A stretch of 64,000 nucleotides of DNA from Minisyncoccota bacterium (GCA_041650615.1 JBAZKU010000001.1:458750-522749), one strand, 5' to 3'. Numbered from the stretch's first letter, positions 1 to 9,890 are shown. Notes: generated by a model from the letters alone, not told the origin. Numbers and translations are program-made.

Positions 1-7
1 ATCTGTA

Positions 8-511
8 TTGCTTTTGGTCATTATTTTAATAGCTATAATTATTATTGGTTATTGGGCGGTCGTCACCCTTGAACCTGGTAATGTAGGGGTAGAAAGACAA
101 AAGCAAGAACAACTCAAACAGCAAAATGAGGAGCTTCAAAATGAGATTAAAAAACTAACAGATGAAATTCAATCATTAAAAGACTCTCAAGTTGTAAAGG
201 AAGAACCAGAAATTGAATCTTCAGAGGTGGCTTCTCCCACTCCTTTAAAATACCAAAGTCTGATAGATGATTTGCAAAAACTTGTGGATGATAATATTTT
301 AATGAAAGAAAAATCTCAAGGCACTAGGGTTGGCACTGTCCAAACATTTTTAAACTTATATAATAAAACTTCTAAAAAGGTGGATAATGATTATGGAGTA
401 GGCACCAAAACGGATATAATAAACTTCCAAAAAGCTGTCTCATTAACTGCCGATGGTCAAGCTGGTTCCAGTACTTTTCTTAAAATGATTGAATGGCTAA
501 AGAAACAATAA
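8..511 (+). CDS. membrane-anchored coiled-coil protein with C-terminal peptidoglycan-binding domain (5' end may lie outside the window)
   Basis: N-terminal hydrophobic helix, then coiled coil, then PG_binding_1-like motifs (VGTVQTFL...DNDYGVGTKTDIINFQK...ADGQAGSST); frame is open to the window edge. Confidence 0.65.
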   Translation: MLLVIILIAIIIIGYWAVVTLEPGNVGVERQKQEQLKQQNEELQNEIKKLTDEIQSLKDSQVVKEEPEIESSEVASPTPLKYQSLIDDLQKLVDDNILMKEKSQGTRVGTVQTFLNLYNKTSKKVDNDYGVGTKTDIINFQKAVSLTADGQAGSSTFLKMIEWLKKQ

Positions 512-730
512 CTAAATTTATTTTCAACATAGCTACAAAAAAGTGTCGTACGCTTTTATAATGATAACGTAAGCAAGAAAAGAACTTATTATTGTAAAAA
601 TAAGTATAAAGATAATTGACCTATCAAAAGCAGACATGACTTTTTAAGTATATCATTTATTTGTTTTAGTAAATAAAAATCCCTTGATTTTTAGGCTTAT
701 TTGCTATATATTTGAGTTATTCTATTTTCC

Positions 731-803
731 CCGCCCGTAGCTCAGCTGGTAGAGCAGATCCCTTTTAAGGATAAGGTCCTCGGTTCGATCCCGAGCGGGC
801 GGA
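731..803 (+). tRNA. tRNA-Lys(UUU)
   Basis: cloverleaf: acceptor CCGCCCG/CGGGCGG, D-arm GCTC-AGCTGGTA-GAGC, anticodon loop CTTTTAA, GGTTCGATCCC; CCA not encoded. Confidence 0.95.
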
Positions 804-844
804 CAAACATAAAAATCCCCAGCAGGGGAATTTTATGTTTGTCC
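801..844. terminator. long hairpin overlapping tRNA-Lys 3' end, probably a bidirectional terminator
   Basis: GGACAAACATAAAA/TTTTATGTTTGTCC arms around TCCCC-AGCA-GGGGA, between convergent genes. Confidence 0.6.
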
Positions 845-856
845 AAAGTAGACTGA

Positions 857-1036
857 TTAGTTATAATTTTCTCTTTCTGCCCCTAATGCTTTCGTTAATT
901 CTTCAAGAGAATCAAAGACCCCGACTGAACCATCTCTAAAATTATATATAATTTTCCCTCTCATTTCTTTGGCAGTCTTTTTGGTTTCTAAGACTTCTTT
1001 ATTAATTTGTTGCCCTTCAATATTTGGTTTTTCCAT
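857..1036 (-). CDS. small hypothetical protein (59 aa, MEKPNIEGQQ...ERENYN), missing from ORF track
   Basis: translated by hand, ATG to TAA; fills the gap after the holA-like gene; -10-like TATTAT just upstream. Confidence 0.55.
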   Translation of the reverse strand: MEKPNIEGQQINKEVLETKKTAKEMRGKIIYNFRDGSVGVFDSLEELTKALGAERENYN

Positions 1037-1065
1037 ATCTTATATAATAGCACATAAAGCAATTT

Positions 1066-1713
1066 TTACAAAGCTTCAAGTAAAAACTGTTCAAATACGG
1101 ATTCGGCATCTTTTCCTTCTTTTCGAGCTTCTGGAAGAAGGTAAGAAAGCTTGCCAGCAAAATCTTTAAGTTCCGATTCGGAAAATTTACTAAAATTCTT
1201 TTTTAAAAGCATTTCTTTAACTTTCCAAAAAAGAATACCTATTAATTCCTCCATTACTGCTCCGTTTTCTATAGCCTGGCGGAAATAAATCCACAAATTT
1301 AATTTATCTTTATCCCCAAATGCATTGGCTAATAAAAAATTATTGAATTTTTCTGTTTTTTCTTTTGGCAGTTCAAAAACGTTGATTTCCGCCCGGGCTT
1401 TTTTAAAAGCATCCAACACTCCCTTATTCAGTTTCCCTTCCAAAAAAATAAAGTAGTTCTCCGACTCACTTATAAGACTTAATTTGCTTAAAATAAAATT
1501 TAGAGTTTCCTCTTTTTCAAAAATATTCGTAAAAACTACTGCACATTTTGTAAAAAAAAGTCCCGCTCCCGAGTAAAGGCTTTCCGCTTCCATCGGGTCA
1601 AAATCATTTTTCCCGATAAAAAATGTCTCTGTCTCCATTGGCAGGGATTTTATGAATTTTTCATAACTGAAATGCTTATTTTTAACGTCGTCTCCGCAAA
1701 AAAGATAAATCAT
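1066..1713 (-). CDS. DNA polymerase III delta subunit-like protein (short HolA-like)
   Basis: N-terminal IYLFCGDD, S-x-GLF motif and C-terminal F-x-L-x-x-A helical region resemble the delta family. Confidence 0.55.
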   Translation of the reverse strand: MIYLFCGDDVKNKHFSYEKFIKSLPMETETFFIGKNDFDPMEAESLYSGAGLFFTKCAVVFTNIFEKEETLNFILSKLSLISESENYFIFLEGKLNKGVLDAFKKARAEINVFELPKEKTEKFNNFLLANAFGDKDKLNLWIYFRQAIENGAVMEELIGILFWKVKEMLLKKNFSKFSESELKDFAGKLSYLLPEARKEGKDAESVFEQFLLEAL

Positions 1714-1714
1714 A

Positions 1715-2203
1715 TTAAAATTTAACTGATTTCTTATACTCTACATAAGAGGTACCATATTTTTGAGTTAAAATTTTTTCTTCTTTTTTAAGGAATATAG
1801 ATTTCGTAATAAAAAAAGAAATAATTGAAAAAATAACTATAAATAAAGCATTAATCATGATTCCAAAACCTAACATCATCAAAAAGAGTCCAAAATGTGT
1901 AGGACTTTTGGTATAACGATAGGGTCCGTGACTAAATGTTTCTTTAGTTATATTTTCTTTTTTAAAATTAAGAGAAGATTTCTGTGCCCAAAGAATTAAA
2001 AATGTGCCAAGAATCAAAAATAAGATACCGATTGACGCTATAGCATAATTATCGAAAACTTTAAGAGGAAATAAAAAATCCAAAAAAAGACCAAACAAAA
2101 ATAAAATAAAATAAAAAAGGTAGGAGTATGCTAAAATCCTATGCACTTTGTTTTTATGAGGATTCTCGTTCTCGAATTGCCCCGCTGTATTTTCCATTTC
2201 CAT
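1715..2203 (-). CDS. isoprenylcysteine carboxyl/phospholipid methyltransferase-family membrane protein
   Basis: multiple TM helices, GPYRYTKSPTHFG and EEKIL..KYG..Y..YKKSV motifs; start moved to the ATG after TATAAT. Confidence 0.8.
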   Translation of the reverse strand: MEMENTAGQFENENPHKNKVHRILAYSYLFYFILFLFGLFLDFLFPLKVFDNYAIASIGILFLILGTFLILWAQKSSLNFKKENITKETFSHGPYRYTKSPTHFGLFLMMLGFGIMINALFIVIFSIISFFITKSIFLKKEEKILTQKYGTSYVEYKKSVKF

Positions 2204-2230
2204 AACCTTATTATACCACAAAATATACCG

Positions 2231-4672
2231 TTATTTAACCTCTCCAAAATTATTACCTGAACCGGAATGCACTATCAAAGGAATGTCAGTTTTATAATGC
2301 AAATATGACCGTTCAAGCACTGTCTGCATGGCATTTTTTATTATTTTTTCAGCTTCCGAAAGCTCTTTCCCCTCTACTTCATAAACTAATTCATCGTGTA
2401 TTTGGAGCACAAGATGAGTCTTATTCAACAGATCTGCTTTTTTTAAGTCTTCCTCCGCATATCTTATGGCTAACTTTATTATATCGGCGGTAGCTGTCCC
2501 CTGGACCGGCGCATTAGTAGCGGTACGTTCAGCCATATTTTTTAAAAATGGAATTCTAGAATTTATATTTGGGAAATATCTGCGTCTGCCAAATAATGTT
2601 TCCGTATAAAAATTTTTCATCGCAAATACTTTTACTTTCTCCAAATAATTTCGCACGCCGGAAAATTGGTTAAAATAATTATCATAGAATTTTTGCGCTT
2701 CGGGACGAGTTCCTCCCAAGCTTTTGCGCAAAGACGAGACTCCCATGCCATAGATAATGCCGAAGTTTATTACCTTGGCTTTGCGTCGCATTTCATTATC
2801 TACTTTTTCCATAGGTATGCCAAAAACAAACGAGGCTACCCCTGCGTGAATATCTTTGCCTTCACGAAATATCTGGGTCATTTTTTTATCTCCTGAAAGC
2901 ATCGCTATCACTCGAAGTTCAATTTGACTATAGTCAAAGGTCAAAAGTTTATATCCTTTTTCCGCGATAAAACCATTTCTTATTTTCTTGCCCAATTCTG
3001 TTTTTATCGGCAAATTTTGCAAATTTGGATCTTGGGAAGAAAATCTTCCCGTAGTTGTGCCATTTTGTAAAAATTTTGCATGTAAACGGCCATCTTCACT
3101 GACCATTTTAGGAATCACATCAATATAAGTAGAAAGCAGTTTTTGTAATTCTCTATAAGCCAAAATTTCTTTTATGATCGGATTATTTTCCTCCAATTCT
3201 TCCAGGACTGAAACTTTAGTGGAAAAAGATCCGTTTACTCCTTTTTTCTTGCCTGATTTCATTCCCATTTTGCCGAAAATTATTTCACCTAGCTGTTTGG
3301 GTGAGTTGATATTAAATTCTGTACCAGCTATTTTATATATTTTAGCCGTCAGTTTATCCAGCTCTTGGTGATATTCTTTTGACAAATTTTCAAAATATTT
3401 TTTATCTATCAAAATACCGTAATTCTGCATTTCTTTTACTGTATGTATTATCGGTTTTTCTATTTCTTCATACACTTTGTCTAGTTTTTTTTCTTTTAAT
3501 TGTTTAAAAATATATTCCTGAGCTCTTTCAAAATTATCAGTTCTGGAAAAATGTAAAATATCTTCCAAAGATGGGTTAGTTATATCTGAATTTAAGAGCC
3601 AAAGAGCGATAGAAGTTTCTTGAAGTTTTTCTTCGTCTACAAATGATGCCAGACGACCATGCTCGGAGGAGTATTCGCTGCGACCAGAAATATCTTGCCC
3701 TTCCAAGATAGTGTGCGAACGACGGAGAGCATGGTCGTCTGGCATTTCCCCCTGTTTATTCCCAAAGAAGTTTTTTAGCCGCGCAAATAAGCTTCTGAAT
3801 TCAAATTCGGAGAAAATATTTTCAATTTTTTTCAAATCCGCATTTTCCCAAAAAGTTTTTTTAGGCAATTCAAAATTTATCGGGGCATCTGTTCTTATTT
3901 TTGCCAAAGTTTTTGAAAACAGGGCTTCTTCTTCGTTATTTTTTATAAGTTCCAATATTCTAGGGGAAATGCCATTTTTTATAAATGCATTTTCATCTTT
4001 TTTTAATTTTTTATAAATTTCTTCTATGGTTCCGAAGTTTACAATTAAATTAGTTGCGGTTTTTTCACCAATACCTTTAATCCCAATAATATTATCAGAC
4101 GGATCTCCTCGCAATCCTTTATAATCCGGTAAAAGTTTCGGCTTAAAGCCAAATCTTTCAACCACTTTTTCTTCATCATATAAAATAGTGTCATTGATTC
4201 CTTTTTTTAATGTATATACTTGCACTTTTTTATCATCTATCAGTTGCATAGTATCCATATCGCCTGAAGCAATAATTATATTCATATTTTTGTCTTTCTT
4301 TAGTTCTTTTACTATGGTACCCAACACATCATCCGCTTCAAACCCCGGCGCATCATAAATAGGAATATTAAATGCTTCAAAAATTTGTCTGGAGTTTTTT
4401 AATTGTGCAATAAGACCTTCTTCTGCCTTCGCTCTCCCTGCTTTGTATCCTTCATAAACCTCATGTCTGAAAGTTTTTTGTGGCAAATCATAACAAGCTA
4501 CAATGTAGTCTGGTTTTAGGTCAGTAATTATTTTCATCAACATAGTAGAAAGCCCATATAAAGCCCCTGTCGGCTCGCCCTTGGATGATAAAAACTCCGG
4601 CAGGGCATGATAGGCGCGGTGTATTATCGCATGCGCATCCAGTAATACTAATGTCTTATTTTCCTTAGCCAT
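2231..4672 (-). CDS. polA: DNA polymerase I (5'-3' exonuclease + polymerase; 3'-5' exonuclease region reduced), with in-frame hairpin insertion
   Basis: LLDAHAIIHRAYHA, EADDVLGT, DYSQIELR, KVINFGIIYG, QIHDELV motifs. Confidence 0.97.
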   Translation of the reverse strand: MAKENKTLVLLDAHAIIHRAYHALPEFLSSKGEPTGALYGLSTMLMKIITDLKPDYIVACYDLPQKTFRHEVYEGYKAGRAKAEEGLIAQLKNSRQIFEAFNIPIYDAPGFEADDVLGTIVKELKKDKNMNIIIASGDMDTMQLIDDKKVQVYTLKKGINDTILYDEEKVVERFGFKPKLLPDYKGLRGDPSDNIIGIKGIGEKTATNLIVNFGTIEEIYKKLKKDENAFIKNGISPRILELIKNNEEEALFSKTLAKIRTDAPINFELPKKTFWENADLKKIENIFSEFEFRSLFARLKNFFGNKQGEMPDDHALRRSHTILEGQDISGRSEYSSEHGRLASFVDEEKLQETSIALWLLNSDITNPSLEDILHFSRTDNFERAQEYIFKQLKEKKLDKVYEEIEKPIIHTVKEMQNYGILIDKKYFENLSKEYHQELDKLTAKIYKIAGTEFNINSPKQLGEIIFGKMGMKSGKKKGVNGSFSTKVSVLEELEENNPIIKEILAYRELQKLLSTYIDVIPKMVSEDGRLHAKFLQNGTTTGRFSSQDPNLQNLPIKTELGKKIRNGFIAEKGYKLLTFDYSQIELRVIAMLSGDKKMTQIFREGKDIHAGVASFVFGIPMEKVDNEMRRKAKVINFGIIYGMGVSSLRKSLGGTRPEAQKFYDNYFNQFSGVRNYLEKVKVFAMKNFYTETLFGRRRYFPNINSRIPFLKNMAERTATNAPVQGTATADIIKLAIRYAEEDLKKADLLNKTHLVLQIHDELVYEVEGKELSEAEKIIKNAMQTVLERSYLHYKTDIPLIVHSGSGNNFGEVK
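3646..3745. repeat. in-frame palindromic insertion in polA
   Basis: perfect 19-bp arms ATGCCAGACGACCATGCTC/GAGCATGGTCGTCTGGCAT with inner stem TATCTTG/CAAGATA; GC-rich. Confidence 0.85.
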
Positions 4673-4754
4673 TGTGTAAATTATAGCAATAAACGAGGAG
4701 CATAAACAAACATCTTAAACAGGCAAGGCCTGTTGAATATTAAATAATAAAAAA

Positions 4755-4783
4755 AATCCCTCGAACAAAGTGTCCAAGGGATT
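4755..4783 (-). terminator. stem-loop plus U-tract downstream of putative DGR target (terminator and/or DGR cis hairpin)
   Basis: minus strand AATCCCTTGGACA-CTT-TGTTCGAGGGATT followed by T-run. Confidence 0.7.
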
Positions 4784-4811
4784 AAGAAAATAAGTGTCAG
4801 CAACATAAGAT

Positions 4812-5426
4812 TCAAATGGTCTGTTGCGGGACCACAACACGAAGAGCGTACCGAGCGCACCACACACGGGCGTCCTCAAACCGGTCCACGAAGACATGCA
4901 AGCCGTCAGAGTTCACGATCACGCAGGCAACAAAGAATTGATCCTCAACCTTAAATAGGAAGAAGGTCGCATAACCATCAGGACGTAATCGGTTTGAATA
5001 CTTTTTGCAAAACATTTTTATTTGGTGTTGTGTTAGGCACAACTTGTCCAAATCAGTTCCGAGAGAACCGAATATTTGTGCAAATGTGGCATCTTTCACC
5101 ATTTCGTGAACAGCAACCGCAGTTTCTTTGGTTGCCTTGCCTGACTTGTCGGTATTCCAATTTTTAAAATCTGAGTCGATACCAGACTTAAAGATTTCGT
5201 TGGCGGTTGCTAGTATTTCTGATCCATCACATGCGTCAATGATAATAGTTTCCGTCTCAAAAAGACGACGGAGATAAGTCTTAACATCAGCAACTTCGTC
5301 AACGACACCTTGGAGGATTTCTGCAACCTTTTCGGGGTCACGAACTCCATCCATAATCATTTTGCAAATCATGGCCCAAAGTTTAAAGAGCCGTTCATAT
5401 TTATTTACATTTTTCTCGTTACTCAC
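4812..5426 (-). CDS. hypothetical protein, putative DGR variable (target) protein
   Basis: GTG start with AAGGAG SD; GC-rich C-terminus with NNC/NNT codons alternating with fixed codons, ending RVVVPQ. Confidence 0.6.
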   Translation of the reverse strand: MSNEKNVNKYERLFKLWAMICKMIMDGVRDPEKVAEILQGVVDEVADVKTYLRRLFETETIIIDACDGSEILATANEIFKSGIDSDFKNWNTDKSGKATKETAVAVHEMVKDATFAQIFGSLGTDLDKLCLTQHQIKMFCKKYSNRLRPDGYATFFLFKVEDQFFVACVIVNSDGLHVFVDRFEDARVWCARYALRVVVPQQTI

Positions 5427-5594
5427 GATATGCTCCTTTCAAAGAAATTATTTGCCTGTTACTCACAAGCATATTCTGGGTCCTGCCAGATCAGTTGCAA
5501 GGAATCCCTTGCCTATCTACATGCTAGTATATCACTTTAAATTAAAAAGTCAAGGGGGTAATGGGGAGAACAATGTTGTATTATTAAAGGATAA

Positions 5595-7292
5595 ATGGCG
5601 ACTTTTGACGAAGAAAAACAAAATAAGCAATTGGATGAATTGCACAAGCAGGAAGAGGAAGAACTGGTAGCAGTATTGGCAGAATCAAAATATAAACTTC
5701 CTTATATTGATTTGGCTCGTTTGGGAATAGATAATGAAGCACTTCGGGCAATATCCGAAAAAGATGCCCGCGAACTAAAGGTTGCGCCCTTTAAGCTTTT
5801 TGGAAAAAATATTTTTATAGCCGTCCGTTCTCCTTCAGATGACCTTCTGGCAAAACTTAAGGACCAGATAGAAAGGTTGGATTTAATTCCTACTTTTTAT
5901 ATGGTATCTCTGGCTTCCTTGGAAAAAGTTTGGGGTAGGTACAAAGAACTTTCCTTGGCGGAAAGTTCAAGAGTTGGGGGGGTAGATATCTCTGCGGAAG
6001 TTTTAAGGGAAGCAGCCAAAAATATTAAAACGACAAAAGACATAGAAAAATTAATTGGAGATACAATAGCAGGAAATTCAGTTCATAAAATTTCCCACAT
6101 GCTTGAAATAATATTAGCCGGAGCGATAGCGGTAAAAGCTTCCGATATACATATAGAACCTCAACAAGAAAGAAGCAGATTGAGACTTCGATTAGATGGC
6201 GTTCTCTACGATGTGATATTTTTCGAAAATAGTATTTATCACCTTCTTAATTCAAGAATTAAACTGCTCTCCGGAATGAAATTAACTTCAAAAATTGCGC
6301 AAGATGGCCGTTTTAGTATTATTGAGAAAGCTGAAGAATTAAGTATTCGTTCTTCTATGATTCCCGGCGCCTATGGGGAATCGATAGTGATGCGTATTTT
6401 GGACCCAAAATCTATTCAAGTAAAACTTGAAGAATTGGGGATAGAACCTTATCTTTTTTCCGTGGTAGAACAGGAAATTGCAAAACCAAACGGTTTAATT
6501 TTAGTTACTGGACCTACTGGTTCTGGAAAAACAACCACTCTTTATGCATTTTTGAGAAAAATTTATTCTCCGGAAATAAAAATAATAACCATTGAAGACC
6601 CAATTGAATATCACTTGACCGGGATAACTCAAACCCAAACAAATGACGAAAAAGGATACACGTTTTTGGAAGGATTACGTTCCGGGTTACGCCAAGACCC
6701 GGATGTGGTAATGGTCGGAGAAATTCGTGATGCGGAAACAGCCAAAACCGCAATAGAAGCAGCTTTAACCGGACATATGGTCTTCTCCACTCTCCACACC
6801 AACAACGCCGCTGGTGTTATCCCTCGTCTGATTGACCTTGACGCAAACCCAAAAATTATGGTTTCGGCATTATCTCTTTCTATTGCCCAACGATTGGTTC
6901 GCAAGCTCTGCCCCTTCTGTAAAACTGAAAAGCCTCCTATTGAAAATGAAATAAAAACTATGAAAATGGTAATGGATGGGATAAAAGAAGAAGGAAAAAG
7001 TCTTTCAAATTACAATATAAACCCGGACGCGCCGATTAAACTTTTCTCGCCTGTTGGCTGCGAAAAATGCAATATGACCGGATACAGCGGGCGAATAGGA
7101 ATTTTTGAAGCAATTAAAACCGATGAAGCTATAGAAAAAATAATGCTCCAAAATCCAAGCGAGCGAGAAATAAAAAAAGCAGCGCGAGTGCAAGGAATTC
7201 TCTCTATGCGCCAGGATGGTGTAGTAAAAATTTTAAATGGAATCACTTCTTTTGCCGAAGTACAAAGCGTGGTTGATTTAAATGAAGAATAA
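5595..7292 (+). CDS. pilB: type IV pilus assembly / T2SS ATPase, PilB/GspE family
   Basis: ASDIHIEP, GPTGSGKTTT, TIEDPIE, LRQDPDVVMVGEIRD, CxxC...CxxC zinc motif. Confidence 0.9.
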   Translation: MATFDEEKQNKQLDELHKQEEEELVAVLAESKYKLPYIDLARLGIDNEALRAISEKDARELKVAPFKLFGKNIFIAVRSPSDDLLAKLKDQIERLDLIPTFYMVSLASLEKVWGRYKELSLAESSRVGGVDISAEVLREAAKNIKTTKDIEKLIGDTIAGNSVHKISHMLEIILAGAIAVKASDIHIEPQQERSRLRLRLDGVLYDVIFFENSIYHLLNSRIKLLSGMKLTSKIAQDGRFSIIEKAEELSIRSSMIPGAYGESIVMRILDPKSIQVKLEELGIEPYLFSVVEQEIAKPNGLILVTGPTGSGKTTTLYAFLRKIYSPEIKIITIEDPIEYHLTGITQTQTNDEKGYTFLEGLRSGLRQDPDVVMVGEIRDAETAKTAIEAALTGHMVFSTLHTNNAAGVIPRLIDLDANPKIMVSALSLSIAQRLVRKLCPFCKTEKPPIENEIKTMKMVMDGIKEEGKSLSNYNINPDAPIKLFSPVGCEKCNMTGYSGRIGIFEAIKTDEAIEKIMLQNPSEREIKKAARVQGILSMRQDGVVKILNGITSFAEVQSVVDLNEE

Positions 7293-7310
7293 AAAAACTA
7301 AAAATAAAAA

Positions 7311-7452
7311 ACACTAATCTCTAAACAATCCTTTTAGGGCTAAGCCCCGAAAGTAACAAATCATTAGAGGATAGTTCCAGGAACTCGTGAAAGCACCAGA
7401 ACGTCCTATGCAAATTTATATAACCAAAGGCTGATTGCTTAGAGATTAGTGT
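7311..7452 (-). ncRNA. candidate structured ncRNA (6S-like architecture)
   Basis: about 20-bp closing stem ACACTAATCTCTAAGCAATC/GATTGTTTAGAGATTAGTGT (G-U pair only on minus strand), internal bubble, apical stem, T-run after. Confidence 0.4.
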
Positions 7453-7612
7453 CTTCTTTTTCAAAAACAAAAGAGGTTATACCCCTTTGTAAAAACAATT
7501 ATACTATGGTTCCAAATCAAGCAATTGTTGTAAAAATGCTATAATGTGGATAGTATGTTGATAAGTGGCTTACTTATTAACACTTGGAGAAGTATAGCAT
7601 ATAATAAAACCA

Positions 7613-8653
7613 ATGTCAAGAGAAGAAGATAAAACAAAAAAGAAAACTTCTTTAGAAAAAACGTCCAATATTGGAGATTCTTTTCTAGATCAGACTCTTC
7701 GCCCTACCCGTTGGGAGGAGTATATTGGCCAAAAACATATAAAAGACAACGTTAAAATCCTATTGCGAGCGGCGGAAGAAAGAGGACATATTCCGGAACA
7801 CATTCTTTTTTATGGTCCCCCTGGTTTGGGAAAAACTACCCTGGCACACCTCATAGCTAAAGAAACGGGGAAACAGATGAAAATTACTTCGGGCCCGGCT
7901 ATTGAAAAAGTGGGTGATTTGGCCTCTATTCTTACCAATCTTTCTTCCGGAGACATACTTTTTATAGATGAAATCCACAGACTGAATAAAACAGTGGAAG
8001 AAATACTCTACCCCGCCATGGAATCCGGCGTTTTGGATATAATTATCGGTAAAGGACCATCGGCTAGGACCATTCAATTAGAACTTCCACCCTTTACCCT
8101 AATCGCGGCAACTACTCGTGTTGCACTTGTGTCTTCTCCTCTCCGTTCACGCTTTTCAGGTGGAGTTTTTAGATTGGAGTTTTACTCTGACGAAGAAATA
8201 GCCAAAATTATAGAAAGATCTAGTAGATTACTAAAAACAAAGTTGGATGAAGGAGCTTTGAAGGAAATTGCTAAGCGAAGTAGGTTTACTCCCCGCACGG
8301 CAAATTATTTTTTAAAGAGAGCGCGCGATTTTGCTCAAGTACATAAGAAAAATTTGGATCAAAAGACAGTCAGAGAAGCTTTGAATATGCTTGCCATTGA
8401 TGATATCGGTTTAAACTCCTCGGATAGAAAATTTTTGGAAATATTGATTGATAAATTTACTGGCGGGCCAGTAGGATTGAAAACAATAGGCGCTGCCATG
8501 TCCGAGGAAGAAGCTACGGTGGAAGAAGTAATAGAACCATATTTGATTCAGCTCGGCCTCTTGGAACGCACCCCTCGTGGACGGGTGGCTACTCCCAAAG
8601 CATACAAACATTTAGGTTTTGATTTAAAAGAGAAACAAAGTAAGCTTTTGTAA
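7613..8653 (+). CDS. ruvB: Holliday junction branch migration helicase RuvB
   Basis: LRP..WEEYIGQ, GPPGLGKTT, FIDEIHRL, GGPVGL, RTPRGR. Confidence 0.98.
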   Translation: MSREEDKTKKKTSLEKTSNIGDSFLDQTLRPTRWEEYIGQKHIKDNVKILLRAAEERGHIPEHILFYGPPGLGKTTLAHLIAKETGKQMKITSGPAIEKVGDLASILTNLSSGDILFIDEIHRLNKTVEEILYPAMESGVLDIIIGKGPSARTIQLELPPFTLIAATTRVALVSSPLRSRFSGGVFRLEFYSDEEIAKIIERSSRLLKTKLDEGALKEIAKRSRFTPRTANYFLKRARDFAQVHKKNLDQKTVREALNMLAIDDIGLNSSDRKFLEILIDKFTGGPVGLKTIGAAMSEEEATVEEVIEPYLIQLGLLERTPRGRVATPKAYKHLGFDLKEKQSKLL

Positions 8654-8655
8654 TT

Positions 8656-9195
8656 ATGTCCGGGCATAATAAATGGGCTCAAATAAAACACAAGAAAGCA
8701 ATTACTGATGCTAAAAAAAGTAAAATTTTTTCTAAGCTTGTGCGTTATATATCCGTGGAAGCAAAACTAGCTAAAGGTGATGTTAATGCGCCTGGGCTTC
8801 GTGCTGCCATAGAAAAAGCTAAAAAAGTTAATATGCCTTCTGAAAATATTGAAAGAGCTGTTAAAAAAGCTTCCGAGCCGGGCACCCAAATGGAATTAAT
8901 AACTTATGAAGCATATGGTCCCGGAGGAGTTGGAATTATTATAGAAACACTAACAGACAGTAAGAATAGAACCGTTCAAGACATAAAACACATTTTATCA
9001 AAAAATGGTTTTACTCTTGCCGATGTTGGGTCTGTCGTCTGGTCTTTCGTTAAAGAAAAAACTCTAGAAGGAATAATTTGGAAACCGAATATGTTTATCC
9101 CTGTTTCTGACGCCGATTTAGAATTATTAGACAAACTTGTAGACGAATTGGAAGAAAATGACGACGTACAAGATGTTTATACTAATGCAGAATAA
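8656..9195 (+). CDS. yebC: YebC/PmpR family protein (short form)
   Basis: MSGHNKWAQIKHKK, YEAYGPGG, DDVQDVYTN. Confidence 0.95.
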   Translation: MSGHNKWAQIKHKKAITDAKKSKIFSKLVRYISVEAKLAKGDVNAPGLRAAIEKAKKVNMPSENIERAVKKASEPGTQMELITYEAYGPGGVGIIIETLTDSKNRTVQDIKHILSKNGFTLADVGSVVWSFVKEKTLEGIIWKPNMFIPVSDADLELLDKLVDELEENDDVQDVYTNAE

Positions 9196-9206
9196 AAAAA
9201 TACTTG

Positions 9207-9273
9207 TCCCGTTAAAAAATCAGCGGAATAAGTACTGTCGAAAAATTTTATTAGTTTAAATTTTTTAATGGGA
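9207..9273. repeat. inverted-repeat element between yebC and ruvC
   Basis: arms TCCCGTTAAAAAAT/ATTTTTTAATGGGA, resembling the CCCGTTA...TAACGGG ends of the tig insertion. Confidence 0.55.
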
Positions 9274-9752
9274 TGAGAATTTTGGGGATAGATCCGGGAT
9301 ATGAGCGATTGGGAGTCGCCATCCTTGAAAAGAATAAAGGCAATAAAAAAGAAAAAGTGTTATTTTCCGAATGTTTCAAAACTTCCGCTAACTTAGAATT
9401 TTCTAAAAGGTTGTTTCTAATCGGAAAAGAAATAAAAAATATAATAAAAAAATTCAAACCGGAAGTTTTGGCCATTGAAACCCTTTTTTTAACTACCAAT
9501 CAAAAAACAGTAATGCGTGTGGCGGAAGTGCGTGGAGCTGTTATTTATGAAGCATCTTCAAACGGACTTAAAATTTTTGAAGCTTCCCCGCCCCAGATAA
9601 AAATAGCCACAACTGGTTATGGGAAGGCAAATAAAGAACAAGTGATGAAAATGGTGAAAATATTGGTCGAAATAGACAATAAAAAGAAGTCTGATGACGA
9701 ATTAGACGCTATTGCTATTGCCTTAACAGCCTTTGCTCATATGAAGGTGTAG
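9273..9752 (+). CDS. ruvC: Holliday junction resolvase RuvC
   Basis: ILGIDPG, AIETLF, IKIATTGYGKANK, DDELDAIAIA. Confidence 0.96.
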   Translation: MRILGIDPGYERLGVAILEKNKGNKKEKVLFSECFKTSANLEFSKRLFLIGKEIKNIIKKFKPEVLAIETLFLTTNQKTVMRVAEVRGAVIYEASSNGLKIFEASPPQIKIATTGYGKANKEQVMKMVKILVEIDNKKKSDDELDAIAIALTAFAHMKV

Positions 9753-9890
9753 GGCTTCTCTCGCCATTGGATGGGTTATCCACATATTCTATTGCCAACT
9801 CTTTGTGTTTTTGATAGAACTAAAGAAAATAATTTTTATTTAAATAACTTTGGTCGATTAATATTTTTTAAAAAGTAAAAAATATTTTAT

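Noticed and set aside
9849-9860. GGTCGA motif in leaders (also upstream of hup near 52438)
   Set aside because: Only two or three short instances, not enough to call a regulatory motif.
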